Below, piece by piece: positions 28,252 through 38,354 of a stretch of DNA of 64,000 bases (within the stretch, counting starts at the first letter, position 1; each line of letters starts with the position of its first letter). The stretch spans positions 3,584,001-3,648,000 of the forward strand of contig OY762492.1 of assembly GCA_963665845.2 (NCBI GenBank), given 5' to 3'. The stretch is from Candidatus Poribacteria bacterium. Lineage in GTDB: Bacteria > Poribacteria > WGA-4E > GCA-2687025. The notes under the pieces were generated by a model, which was not told the origin of the DNA, did not search any database, and was given only the letters and a program-made list of their open reading frames with translations. Both the position numbers and the translations under genes were made by a program.

Positions 28252-28477
28252 GCAAGACGCCTGAACGCCCGCGCCGTCCGCGCCCTCATCGCCTGCCCTG
28301 TGAAACGGGGTCATTCCGGCTCCCGTCCTTTAAACCCCCTACCCCCTTTTCAAGGGGAATCGAACGCGCCGCGCCGCGAATATCCCCGTATGAGCGTACT
28401 GCCGTCAAAAGCGGGCGGTTGCAATTAAACCGCATCCGACATACCATGTAGGCGTATGAAAATGCGAAAGGCGAATT

Positions 28478-30310
28478 ATGAGCTCCAATATCCATTACGA
28501 CGCCCCCGATTCCTTTTTTGCAATGGACGAATCCGCCCTCGGCGAGCTGGACGAAGAGCGAACCTACCACCCGCTCTGCCGCGCCGACGAGTTTGAAGAA
28601 GGCGAAGGCAAGCCGTTCCATGTGGACGGGTTCCATATCGCCGTGTTTCGATATGCCGACAAATACTACGCTGTCGACAACCGCTGCCCGCATATGGGTT
28701 ATCCGATGTCGGAAGGCAGCGTGCGGGACGGCGTTCTGATCTGCCACTGGCACCACTGGGAATTCGACCTGCGCACCGGCGGCTGCTTCCTCTCCTTCGG
28801 CGATGACCTCAAAGCGTTTCCGGTCAAGGTGGAAGACGGCATCGTCTCGGTCGGGCTGTCGAGCGGAGAAAAAGAAGCGGCGCGCCAACGGCTCATCCAC
28901 CGCGGAAAACGGCAGCTGGTTCAGGGTCTCAAAGACCGCAGCCCGTTTCTGATTGCGAAAGCGGTTGCCGCTCTGCGCGACGCCGGCGCCTCCGCCAAGG
29001 AGATCATCCATCAGGGTCTCTACTACGGCGCCAACAAAACGAACGACGGCTGGTCATCCGGCGTCGCCATACTCGCCATCGCCGCGAATATGTGGGACGA
29101 GATCGACCCTGCCGACCAGAACCTGTTCTTGGTGCATGGCTTGACGCAGACAAGCCGCCGCACAACGGGAAGCTCGCGCCGCCCCCGCTCCCCCTTCCCC
29201 AGAACCGAAAACGAGCATGAAAAAAAGCAGCTGTTCCGCTGGTTCCGCTACTTCATCCGCAAGCGCGATGTCGGCGCGGCGGAACGCATTTTAATCACCA
29301 TCTTTGACCGCGGATACTCCAAAGAGGAGATCGCGCATTTTGTGTATTCCGCGGCGACCGACTACTACTTCACAGGCGACGGGCATGCGCTTGACTTTGC
29401 GAACAAATGCTTCGAATCGCTGCATTATCTGGACTGGGCGGGCGCGCAGGAGATTCTGCGCCCCATTGTGGTTGATCTCGCCCGGCGGACGCGGCATGAG
29501 GAGACCTCGCGCTGGGCGGAAGCCGTCCCTGTTATGAGAAACGTCTTCGGGCGCCTGGACGAGATTTGGAAGGAAAATCAAGCGAACCGCGCCGATCTGG
29601 ACATACCCGCCTTCGCGCAGCGGATGCTCCAGGACGACTTCCGCGACATCGTCGGCGAGGTGGAAGAAAAGCTGCGCGAGGGCGTTGAGCCGACCGACCT
29701 GTGCCGCGCGATGACCTACGCGGGCGCCGTTCGCATCGTCCGTTTTCACCTGAAAAACGAAGGCGACTGGCATGATGTCGCCAACCTGTACTCCTACGCC
29801 CATGCGCTTTACCGCGCGTTCCATGACGCCCCAAGCAAAGAGCTGCTGCGCGGCGTCTTCCACGGGGCGGTCTATTTGACGATGCTGCGCTGGTTGAACA
29901 TGCCGTCCGCGCGCGTCCCGAAACAAGGGCAGCGGCTGGATGAAACCTTCGAAAACCCGAAGCAGATGCTGGACCGTCTGCAGGAGTTTGCCGATTTTCA
30001 AAAGGTGCTGGACGCCGAAATTCTGGTGAGCCAATACCTGGACGAGGGGCTGGATGCCGGTGCCTTGAAACGCGCCCTGGCGCACATCACTCTGCGGGAG
30101 GACGCTGAACTTCACATGTTCCAGGTTCTGGAGGTGGCGTTCCGGCATTACGATTTCGCGGAAACCTTTGAAGAAAAGCGGACGCATCTGCTGGCGGCGA
30201 CGCGCTATATCGCGGCTCAAAAGGCGATGAAGAACATTCTCTGGTCAACCGAAAACGCGGAGCGGCTGCAGCGGGGCGAACTGTTGAGCGAGCGGAACGA
30301 CGATGAATAA
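28478..30310 (+). CDS. Rieske 2Fe-2S domain fused to a large helical domain
   Basis: CPHMGYP...CHWHHWEFDL Rieske motif; TTGCAA-17-TACCAT upstream at 28419. Confidence 0.85.
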   Translation: MSSNIHYDAPDSFFAMDESALGELDEERTYHPLCRADEFEEGEGKPFHVDGFHIAVFRYADKYYAVDNRCPHMGYPMSEGSVRDGVLICHWHHWEFDLRTGGCFLSFGDDLKAFPVKVEDGIVSVGLSSGEKEAARQRLIHRGKRQLVQGLKDRSPFLIAKAVAALRDAGASAKEIIHQGLYYGANKTNDGWSSGVAILAIAANMWDEIDPADQNLFLVHGLTQTSRRTTGSSRRPRSPFPRTENEHEKKQLFRWFRYFIRKRDVGAAERILITIFDRGYSKEEIAHFVYSAATDYYFTGDGHALDFANKCFESLHYLDWAGAQEILRPIVVDLARRTRHEETSRWAEAVPVMRNVFGRLDEIWKENQANRADLDIPAFAQRMLQDDFRDIVGEVEEKLREGVEPTDLCRAMTYAGAVRIVRFHLKNEGDWHDVANLYSYAHALYRAFHDAPSKELLRGVFHGAVYLTMLRWLNMPSARVPKQGQRLDETFENPKQMLDRLQEFADFQKVLDAEILVSQYLDEGLDAGALKRALAHITLREDAELHMFQVLEVAFRHYDFAETFEEKRTHLLAATRYIAAQKAMKNILWSTENAERLQRGELLSERNDDE

Positions 30311-30345
30311 ACGCTTTTTGAACACATGAGCAGCCGCCGACTGCG

Positions 30346-31371
30346 ATGCTGACAATCGCCGCCATCACGGGAATCATCGCGCTGACGGGCAGCTACGCCG
30401 CTCTGAAGCTCGCGCGTCGAATGGGCTGGTTTGCGCAGGAGAACTCGCGCACCATTCACCGCCTGCCGACGCCGCAGCTGGGCGGAGCCGCTGTCGCCGC
30501 GGCGTTCCTCATGGGGACTGCCGCATACGGCGTCTATGCGGACAGATTTTCCGTCTTTCTGATTGGTCTCATGGTCGGTTTTGCGTTGATGACAGCGGTC
30601 GGCTTGATCGACGACGCGCGCGGTCTCGCCCCTTGGCAGAAGCTGGCGGGTCAAACGGCCGCCGCCGCGGTCATCGCCGCCGCGCATGGAGGAGTCGCCC
30701 TGCCGGAGCCGATCGCCCGCGCGTTGCCCGCCTTCATGGAAACGCCGCTTCAGTACGGGTTGGCGCTGTTCTGGATCGTCGGCGCGACGAACGCTTTGAA
30801 CCTGATCGACGGCGCGGACGGACTCGCGTCGGGCGCGGCGCTGGCGGCTTCGGCGGCGCTGGCGGCTGCAGCCGCGGGCGTCTCGAATATGGGAGCTGAA
30901 GCGTTCATCGCCGTTCTGCTGTTTGCCGCCGCCCTCGGCTTTTTGCCGTTCAATTTGCCGCCCGCGAAAATGTTTCTGGGAGACGCCGGGGCGCTCTCCA
31001 TCGGCTGCGCGCTCGGCGCGATTGCGTTAAAAGTATGCTTTCAGCAAACGGAAAACATGGCTCTTTACATCTTTCCGCTCACTGCGCTAAGCCTACCGAT
31101 CTTCGACACGGCTGCGGCGATTGTTCGGCGGCGCGGGCGATGGGCGGAGGCGGACAAGTCGCATATTCACCACCGCCTTTTCAAGCTCGGCTGGTCGCCC
31201 GCCAAGACGGCCGGGTCGCTCGCGCTGTTGAGCGCCGTATTCGCAGCGGCGGGGGCTGTCGCGGCTCGACTTCAAAGCGCGCCCTTGGCGCTTGCCGCGG
31301 CCGCGGTCAGTTTCGGCTCCTGGCTGTTTCTGTATCATGCCCCAAGCCGACAATCGAGACCCGCGCGTTAA
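30346..31371 (+). CDS. WecA/MraY-family polyprenyl-phosphate GlcNAc-1-phosphate transferase
   Basis: PQLGG, GLIDD, NALNLIDGADGL, FLGDAG, DKSHIHH. Confidence 0.92.
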   Translation: MLTIAAITGIIALTGSYAALKLARRMGWFAQENSRTIHRLPTPQLGGAAVAAAFLMGTAAYGVYADRFSVFLIGLMVGFALMTAVGLIDDARGLAPWQKLAGQTAAAAVIAAAHGGVALPEPIARALPAFMETPLQYGLALFWIVGATNALNLIDGADGLASGAALAASAALAAAAAGVSNMGAEAFIAVLLFAAALGFLPFNLPPAKMFLGDAGALSIGCALGAIALKVCFQQTENMALYIFPLTALSLPIFDTAAAIVRRRGRWAEADKSHIHHRLFKLGWSPAKTAGSLALLSAVFAAAGAVAARLQSAPLALAAAAVSFGSWLFLYHAPSRQSRPAR

Positions 31372-31372
31372 C

Positions 31373-32554
31373 ATGAAACGCATCCGAGCGCTGCGCATCA
31401 TCACACGTTATATAAAAGGCGGCGCCGACCGAAACGTTTGCCACTCCATCAACGCGCTCTTAAAAACAGGCAGGTATGAGATTGACCTGATTGCCGGGCG
31501 CGATTCGGACCGCGACTTTCTAAAACAATTCAACAATGTGCGCATACACCTGCTCGACAGCCTTGTGCGCGACATCTCCCCGATGAACGACCTGAAAGCG
31601 CTCTGGCAGATCTACCGCATCGTCAAACGGAACCGATACCGCATTGTGCATACGCATACCGCAAAGGCGGGTTTTCTCGGCAGAATCGCCGCGCAGAAAG
31701 CGAACGCGCCGTGCGTCATCCATGGCGTCCATGGCGTCACGTTCCATTCAAACCTCCCATGGATGCGCAACCAGCTTTACACGGCGCTGGAGCGATGGGC
31801 GGGAAGGCGCACCGACTGCTTCGTCTCGGTCGGCGAGGAGCTGACGCAGGTTTATCTGGAAGCGGGCGTCGGACGCCCGGAGCAATACCGCCTCATACGC
31901 AGCGGCATGGAGCTGGAGCGGTTCCTTGAAGCGGGGCAAAACCGAGCGCAGATACGTTCGGAAATGCGCCGACATCTAGGCTTTCAGGACAACCATATCG
32001 TCATCGGACTTGTCGGCAGGCTTGAACCGCCGAAAGGGTGTCATGCGTTTCTAGACGCCGCGGCGAAGCTGTCGCAGACGCGACCCAACGCGCGATTCTT
32101 GATTGCAGGCGACGGGTCATTGCGCGGACAGCTCCAGGAACGCGCGCGGCGAAACGGCTTAAACAATACCGTCCGCTTCGCCGGCTACCGTAACGACATT
32201 CATCATGTCATGGCGTCTTTAGACGCGCTCGCCATCTGCTCAACGATAGAAGGCTTGCCGCAGGTTGCCGTTCAAGCGGCGGCGGTCGGAATACCGATTG
32301 CGGCGTTCCGCGCGGTCGGCGTCTCGGAGGTGGTGAAGGACGGCGTCAACGGCTACACCGTCGACATCGGCGACACGGAGGCGTTAACCGAAAGGCTCTC
32401 GGAGTTCGCAGCCGATCTGGAAACGGCTCAACAGATGGGCTTAAAAGGGCGCCAAATCGTCGGCGGCGAATGGACAATCGCCTGCCAGCAAGCGAAGACG
32501 GTGGAGCTGTATGAAGAGATGGAGCGTCGGTTCCTCGCCGCAGACGACGCATAA
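31373..32554 (+). CDS. Glycosyltransferase family 4
   Basis: HTHTAKAG, GRLEPPKG, EGLPQV. Confidence 0.9.
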   Translation: MKRIRALRIITRYIKGGADRNVCHSINALLKTGRYEIDLIAGRDSDRDFLKQFNNVRIHLLDSLVRDISPMNDLKALWQIYRIVKRNRYRIVHTHTAKAGFLGRIAAQKANAPCVIHGVHGVTFHSNLPWMRNQLYTALERWAGRRTDCFVSVGEELTQVYLEAGVGRPEQYRLIRSGMELERFLEAGQNRAQIRSEMRRHLGFQDNHIVIGLVGRLEPPKGCHAFLDAAAKLSQTRPNARFLIAGDGSLRGQLQERARRNGLNNTVRFAGYRNDIHHVMASLDALAICSTIEGLPQVAVQAAAVGIPIAAFRAVGVSEVVKDGVNGYTVDIGDTEALTERLSEFAADLETAQQMGLKGRQIVGGEWTIACQQAKTVELYEEMERRFLAADDA

Positions 32555-34046
32555 AACGTTCATTCTTTTTTTAATCGGATGGACGCTCTTGAACATCGCC
32601 CCGCCGTCGAACGCCCGCCCTCTTCCGCTCGCGGAGGACGCATGGCGGCTGCTGCGTTCGGCGTCTGTTCAGCAGCCCGAACTGCGCATGTTCATTCAGC
32701 CGCAGTTTGAGGAGGCGTTTCTCAAGATCAACCCGATCGGAAACGAAGCCCGCGCCGAACGAATCCGCCAGTATCAACGCCGCTTTAAAGAGCCGAACCG
32801 CGGCGTTGTTTCGGTTAAAACAGAGCAGGCAGACCTGTTCGCCGACATCGGCTTCCAAACGGACCTCCTCCTCCTCCGAGACGGAGACAGCGAAGATAAA
32901 CGGCTCGCCGTCCTGTCGCTGCGCGCGTTGGCAGGCGCCGACTTTCAAAACGGATGGACGGCATCCGTCGAGATCGACTCCCGCATAGAGAGGGGCGCCG
33001 CCGACATCAGCCCCTACCTCCATGAAAACGACACGGGAAGATACGGCGCATCCCGTACGCCGAACGTCCTGCGCTCCGATCTGAGCTGGCGGCGCGGCGC
33101 CTTTCGGATCGCTGTCGGACGGCAGGAGGCGAACTGGGGTCCAGGGCTGCGGCATGGCATGCTTCTGTCAAAGAACGCCGGACCCGCGCCGATGTTGAAA
33201 GGCGAGGCGCGGATTGGCAAGGCGCGTTTCACGGCGCTGATCGCGTCTCTCATCGGACCGGAAACGGAGGACGGCAGTCGTACCCCAAAATATCTCGCGG
33301 CGCATCGCGTCCAGTTTTCCCCGACGCCATGGCTGACGGCGGCCGTCTCCGAATCGGTCGTTTGGATCCACCAGTTCGATCTGAAATACCTGAACCCGCT
33401 CGACATTTTTTATTTGGACACAAAGCCTGTCCATCCCGACAACCGAAACATAGGCATCGAGTTGAGCATTTTCCCGGCGCGGAATTTGCAATTGTACGCC
33501 GAAGCGTTGATCGACGATTTTCAGCCCCAGGAGGGAGCCAACGCTTTCAAGGCATGGGGAACGAAAGGCGGCGCGCGAATCGGAGCGTTCTGGACGGCGC
33601 CGTTTCAGCTGAAAAACGCGGATGTCTGGGCGGAAGCGCTTTTCATCAACCAATACGCCTACACCCACAAACGCGCGGGAGCCGAATACGCCCACCGCGG
33701 CTTGCATCTAGGGCATCCCGCCGGGCCGGATGTTCTGGAGTCGTCGGTCCGCGCTTCGTACTGGTGGACGGCGCGCGTCAAAAGCGAAGCGGAATGGACG
33801 CATACCCGTAAAGGAGAAGGCGCCCTCCTGAAGCCGCATGACCCGAAGGGGCAGGACGAATGGGAGTTTTTGTCGGGCGTTACAGAAACGGCAAACCGAT
33901 GGAGCGGCGCGCTGGAATACAGCGCTGTCGAAGGTTTTTTGGCGCGGCTGGAGTTCGACAGCGTTCATCGTCAAAACGCCGACCATACGCCTCAAAAACA
34001 AGCGCATTCAACGCAGGCGCGCCTCGTCTTGGGGTATAATCATTAA
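32511..34046 (+). CDS. Capsule assembly Wzi-like outer-membrane protein
   Basis: Signal-like N-terminus, GRQEANWGPG..GMLLS.NA, AAHR, YLNPL, YAEALIDD. Confidence 0.7.
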   Translation: MKRWSVGSSPQTTHKTFILFLIGWTLLNIAPPSNARPLPLAEDAWRLLRSASVQQPELRMFIQPQFEEAFLKINPIGNEARAERIRQYQRRFKEPNRGVVSVKTEQADLFADIGFQTDLLLLRDGDSEDKRLAVLSLRALAGADFQNGWTASVEIDSRIERGAADISPYLHENDTGRYGASRTPNVLRSDLSWRRGAFRIAVGRQEANWGPGLRHGMLLSKNAGPAPMLKGEARIGKARFTALIASLIGPETEDGSRTPKYLAAHRVQFSPTPWLTAAVSESVVWIHQFDLKYLNPLDIFYLDTKPVHPDNRNIGIELSIFPARNLQLYAEALIDDFQPQEGANAFKAWGTKGGARIGAFWTAPFQLKNADVWAEALFINQYAYTHKRAGAEYAHRGLHLGHPAGPDVLESSVRASYWWTARVKSEAEWTHTRKGEGALLKPHDPKGQDEWEFLSGVTETANRWSGALEYSAVEGFLARLEFDSVHRQNADHTPQKQAHSTQARLVLGYNH

Positions 34047-34078
34047 TTGCGGCGTTGTTTTGAGGGAGCCTGTACGAT

Positions 34079-35065
34079 ATGCGAACATTGACCTACGAAC
34101 CTGAATGCGTTCTCATCACAGGGGGGGCGGGCTTCATCGGCTCCCACACCGCCGAGAGGCTGCTGTCGGACGGGCGCGCCGTTGTGATTGTGGACAACTT
34201 CGACCCGTTCTATTCTCAAAAACAAAAATACGCCAACCTGCGGGCGATCCAGAAACGCGGCAAGATCGAGTTTTACGAGGCGGACATCCGCGACAAAAAC
34301 CAGATCGAAAAGGCGTTCCGCGAACAGCCCATCGACGCGGTGATCCACATGGCGGCGCGCCCTGGGCCGCGTCCGTCGGTCGGGAACGCGCGGGAATACC
34401 ATGACATCAACGTCGTCGGAACGCTCAACATGCTGGAGCTGTCCGCGCAGGCGGGCGTCGGCAACTTCATCTTCGCCGGCTCTTCGTCTGTTTATACGGA
34501 GATGCCGACGCCGTTCCATGAGAGCGCGCCCGCCGACCGCCCCTATTCTCCCTACGCCGCCACGAAACGCGCCTGCGAAATGCTTGCCTTCACCTACTCG
34601 CGCCTCCATAGCCTTCCCGTATCAAGCCTCCGTTTTTTCACGGTTTACGGACCAAGGCTGCGCCCCGACCTGATGATTCACAAGTTCACGCGGCTCATTG
34701 ACGCCGGGCAGACACTTCCGATCTACGGGGACGGCTCCGCCCAGCGCGACTACACCTACATTGACGACATCGTTTCAGGCGTCGCGGCGGCGCTCTCCTC
34801 CCCGTCGCCGTTTGAGATCTACAACCTCGGCAATTCCAAAACGGTTCCGCTCATGCGCGTCGTCCGGCTGCTAGAGCGGCTCATCGGGAAAAAGGCGAAT
34901 TGCCGTTTTTTGCCGGTCAACCCAAGCGACGCGCCCATCACTTACGCGGACATCGGCAAGGCAAAAGACGCTCTCGGCTACAACCCGACCACCTCCATAG
35001 AAGAGGGGTTAAAGCATTTTGTGAAATGGTACCGCCAAAGCGCCCGCCGACCTGAACCAAAATGA
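34079..35065 (+). CDS. NAD-dependent nucleotide-sugar epimerase (UDP-glucuronate 4-epimerase-like)
   Basis: TGGAGFIG, SSSVY, YAATK, RFFTVYGP..RPD. Confidence 0.92.
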   Translation: MRTLTYEPECVLITGGAGFIGSHTAERLLSDGRAVVIVDNFDPFYSQKQKYANLRAIQKRGKIEFYEADIRDKNQIEKAFREQPIDAVIHMAARPGPRPSVGNAREYHDINVVGTLNMLELSAQAGVGNFIFAGSSSVYTEMPTPFHESAPADRPYSPYAATKRACEMLAFTYSRLHSLPVSSLRFFTVYGPRLRPDLMIHKFTRLIDAGQTLPIYGDGSAQRDYTYIDDIVSGVAAALSSPSPFEIYNLGNSKTVPLMRVVRLLERLIGKKANCRFLPVNPSDAPITYADIGKAKDALGYNPTTSIEEGLKHFVKWYRQSARRPEPK

Positions 35066-35072
35066 ATGCGGC

Positions 35073-35462
35073 TTATTCTGAATGCGGCTCTAGATCCAGC
35101 GCCTTCAGATACGCCTCAATCTCCCTAGCCGCCTCGGCGGCGTATTCGGCGGGGACATAGATGATCCCCCATGCGTCCTCGTTCCATGAGCTCGGTATGG
35201 CGCCGTATGCCGGGATGGAGCGTTCCTCTAGCCGCGCGGGGATCTCCGCCGCCTCCAGAACGCCCATCAGCATGACGCCGGCGACCGGATGCGGCGCGCC
35301 GACCGCCCTCACCCAGTCGATCCGCTCCACCATGACGGGGGCGCCTTCATGCCGCGTCTGTTCCAGCGCGCCGCCGCATTCGCCGCAGGTTGAGGCGCCG
35401 CCTGCAGAGATGAGCGCGCTGAACTTTTTAACGTTGGCGCCGCAATGGGGGCATCGGTTCAT
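35073..35462 (-). CDS. Zinc-ribbon plus DUF2007-like protein
   Basis: CPHC...CGEC; LEAAEIP...IYVP....EA; TTGACG-17-TATCCT upstream (35526-35498). Confidence 0.65.
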   Translation of the reverse strand: MNRCPHCGANVKKFSALISAGGASTCGECGGALEQTRHEGAPVMVERIDWVRAVGAPHPVAGVMLMGVLEAAEIPARLEERSIPAYGAIPSSWNEDAWGIIYVPAEYAAEAAREIEAYLKALDLEPHSE

Positions 35463-35537
35463 GTTTCAACCCTTCAATCTAGGCGTCTTCTGTTGAGAGG
35501 ATAGTATGTTGGGGCGTCTGCGTCAAGCGGAGCTGTA

Positions 35538-35747
35538 TGACCTCACGCCGAAAGTTGGGACAGATGAACGACCAAAGCCTTTATTCATGGGAAAAGGCGC
35601 CGCCAACCAGACCCTCATTCCCGCGCCTCTCTCCTCGTCATTCCCGCGCCTCTCTCCTCGTCATTCCCGCGTAAGCGGGAATCTAGAGGCGCCGAAGAAG
35701 ACGCCCGCGTTCGCAAGCAGAATGTCCCAACTAAAGACGTAAGGTCA
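35538..35747. mobile_element. MITE-like element, copy 3, with internal REP-like repeats
   Basis: TGACCTCACGCCGAAAGTTGGGACA ... TGTCCCAACTAAAGACGTAAGGTCA; shares internal TATTCATGGGAAAA..CGCCAACCAGA with copy 2. Confidence 0.7.
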
Positions 35748-35807
35748 GGATTCCTGCTTGCGTCTTGCCGCCAAATGGCGTACACTATAGAGAAGAGAGG
35801 GCGGAGT

Positions 35808-36029
35808 ATGCGTAAACTGAACGTCTCGGTCATTCCGCGCGCGTCGCGGCAGCGCATTCAATGGCTGTCGCCGACTGAAGCGAAGGTGTGGGTTTGCGCC
35901 GCCCCTGAACGCGGAAAAGCGAACAAAGCGGTCGTGAAACTGATTGCGTCGCAGCTCGGCGTCCGCCCCTCCAAAACCCGCATCGCGCGCGGATGGACAT
36001 CGTCTAAAAAAGTGATTGTGATTGAATGA
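35808..36029 (+). CDS. DUF167/YggU family protein
   Basis: V.PRA, AAPERGKANKAV, GWTSSKK; TTGCGT-17-TACACT at 35758-35786 favours the 35808 start. Confidence 0.85.
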   Translation: MRKLNVSVIPRASRQRIQWLSPTEAKVWVCAAPERGKANKAVVKLIASQLGVRPSKTRIARGWTSSKKVIVIE

Positions 36030-36041
36030 AAGGCGCGCCTT

Positions 36042-36608
36042 ATGGCACAGATAGAATCGACGAACGAACTTGAAAACGCACTGACGCAACTGCGCGACCC
36101 GGACTGGAACATACGCCACACCGCCGCGCGCGATCTGATCGAAATCGGGCAGCCGGCGGTGGAGCCGCTCATCCTTCTGCTGGAAGAGGAGGACAGCTTT
36201 TTGCGCGGACAGGCGGCCGTCTGTCTTGGGCGCATCGCCGATTCGACCGCCATCGCGCCGCTCATTGAGCGTTTCAGCGACTCCTATTCGGCGGTTCGGG
36301 AGGAGGCGGTGCGCGCGGTCGGGTTCATCGGCGCGGAGGCGGTGGAGCCGCTCATGGGCAAGATCAACCACAAGATTTCGTACGTCCGCAAATGCGCGAT
36401 CCAGGCGCTTGCCGCCATTCAGGACGCGAGCGCGAGAGACGCCCTTCAACAGATCGCCGACGACATGGACGCCTACCCCGCCGTGCGCTGGGAAGCGAAG
36501 TTGGCGGTGAACAGGTTCCGCGAAGGCGATCAGAAGCCGGTCCACACGAGCGATCAGTTTCGGAATACGGCGTACCATGTTCCGACGGTCGTCGGCCGCA
36601 AGCCGTAA
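36042..36608 (+). CDS. HEAT-repeat protein
   Basis: Repeated AVEPL...VR..A..ALG pattern. Confidence 0.85.
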   Translation: MAQIESTNELENALTQLRDPDWNIRHTAARDLIEIGQPAVEPLILLLEEEDSFLRGQAAVCLGRIADSTAIAPLIERFSDSYSAVREEAVRAVGFIGAEAVEPLMGKINHKISYVRKCAIQALAAIQDASARDALQQIADDMDAYPAVRWEAKLAVNRFREGDQKPVHTSDQFRNTAYHVPTVVGRKP

Positions 36609-37799
36609 GTGGAAACGCCGGCGGAGCGCGTTCAAACGGCGGCGGCTTTGAAAGAGCCTGACCGCGTCCCTGTCGACATTGGGTTGACGGGGCTGACGGG
36701 TCTGCGGACGGAGGCGCATGATCAGCTGTTGCGCCATCTGAACATCGACGACGCTTCGGAACGGCGGTTGAATGAGCCGATGCGCATCGCCGAGCCGCGC
36801 GCGTCGCTGCTGGAGCGTTTTCCGACCGACATTGCGGGCGAGTTGGCGGTCGCCCGCGCGGAAAACGGCGGCAACGAAATGGAGGACGCGGAGGAAGAAG
36901 AGCGGCTGGTCGGCTGGCGCGTTGAAACGGACGCCGAAACGCAGGCGGAACGGGCGGAAGACGCCTGGGGCGTTGAGTGGACGCGGGAGGCGGACGCGCC
37001 GCGCTTTCAACAAGCGGGCTTGCCTCTTGAGGGGGAGCTTCAGGACGGATGGATGGAGAGCCGCGATTGGCCCGAACCTGCGCAGGCGGAAACGCTCAAG
37101 GCGCCTGAAGACCCTGAAGACAGAGACGGGCTGGCGCGGCTGGTCGGTCCGTTCGGATACGGGCTGATGGAAACGGCGCTGCTGCTGCGCGGGCGGTCGG
37201 ATGTGAACCGCGACATCGCGCTGGGGACAGGACCGACCTTTCCGCTGCTGGAAAAGATCGCCGATTTAAAGGCGGAGTATTGGGAGCGGCGGCTGTCGGA
37301 GATGGAAACCCCGCCCATGTTGTTGATGGAGCGGGAGCGGTTAGACCTGCTGCCGGGGCTGCCGATGGAGCCGACGCTGTTTCGCGCCGTTTTAAAACCG
37401 CGCTGGGAACGTTTGTTTCAAGCGGTTCGGCGTTGGTCGCCGTCTTCGTTATTGCTCTTTTTTTGCCGAGGTTATGCGTCGGAGACGGTTCAGGATTTCA
37501 TCGAAATGGGCGTTCAGGCGGTCTGTTTAGACCCTCTCAGCGTTCGATATTCGAAGCCGTCTTTTTTGAAGCGGGAGTACGGCGGGTCGCTCGCGTTTTG
37601 GGGCGGCGGCGTTCGTTCCAAAGACGATTTTTTAAAAGGAACGGAGGAGCAGGCGAAAGATTGCGTCAAAGAGGCGCTAGACCTGTTCGCGCCGGGCGGC
37701 GGCTTTATCTGGAGCCTCTACCCGGCGGTTGACGCGGACATTCCGCCGCAAAATATCGAAGCGGCGCTAGACACAGCATACGAGTACGGTTTATATTAA
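36609..37799 (+). CDS. Uroporphyrinogen decarboxylase/MtaA-like family protein, divergent
   Basis: EPDRVP, DAWGVEW, LKREYG..LAFWGG, APGGGF, PPQNI. Confidence 0.7.
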   Translation: METPAERVQTAAALKEPDRVPVDIGLTGLTGLRTEAHDQLLRHLNIDDASERRLNEPMRIAEPRASLLERFPTDIAGELAVARAENGGNEMEDAEEEERLVGWRVETDAETQAERAEDAWGVEWTREADAPRFQQAGLPLEGELQDGWMESRDWPEPAQAETLKAPEDPEDRDGLARLVGPFGYGLMETALLLRGRSDVNRDIALGTGPTFPLLEKIADLKAEYWERRLSEMETPPMLLMERERLDLLPGLPMEPTLFRAVLKPRWERLFQAVRRWSPSSLLLFFCRGYASETVQDFIEMGVQAVCLDPLSVRYSKPSFLKREYGGSLAFWGGGVRSKDDFLKGTEEQAKDCVKEALDLFAPGGGFIWSLYPAVDADIPPQNIEAALDTAYEYGLY

Positions 37800-37817
37800 T
37801 AGAGAGACGCGCAAAAG

Positions 37818-38354
37818 ATGGAGAGCGACATGGAGCAGAAAGACGATCCGAAACTGACCCACAACATGACCTGGTGGGAGCGGATGTACGTGCCGGAGGT
37901 GTTTAAAGGGATGGCGGCGACGCTTCGGCATATCCCGCGCAAGAAAAAAACGGTGCTGTACCCGGAGGCGCGCCCTGAACATCTGCGCCCCGAGCCGGAG
38001 CGTTACCGCGGAATGCATCGGTTGACGAAAGACCCGGAGGGGCGCGTCAAGTGCGTCGCCTGCTTCATGTGTTCAACCGCATGCCCCGCCGACTGCATCA
38101 CGATTGTGGCGCAGGCGACGCCCGAAGAGTGGACAGACCGCGAAAAGATGCCCGCCGTGTTTGAAATCAACCAATTACGGTGCATCTTCTGCGGATACTG
38201 CGTCGAGGCATGCCCAGAAGACGCCATCCGCATGGACACGAACATCACCGTGCCGGTCTTCGGGCGGCGCGAGGACTTTATCTTTGACAAAGAGCAGCTG
38301 TTGAGCCATGAACCGAGAATGGACCTCGACGCCGACTACATGTCGCGGCGGTAA
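37818..38354 (+). CDS. nuoI: NADH-quinone oxidoreductase subunit I
   Basis: YPE...RYRGMH, CVACFMCSTACP, RCIFCGYCVEACP. Confidence 0.9.
   Translation: MESDMEQKDDPKLTHNMTWWERMYVPEVFKGMAATLRHIPRKKKTVLYPEARPEHLRPEPERYRGMHRLTKDPEGRVKCVACFMCSTACPADCITIVAQATPEEWTDREKMPAVFEINQLRCIFCGYCVEACPEDAIRMDTNITVPVFGRREDFIFDKEQLLSHEPRMDLDADYMSRR

Noticed and set aside
28381-28407. Right end of the IS3-like element closing the island
   Set aside because: Spacing to a -35 box fits (11 bp) but similarity to the consensus end is too weak
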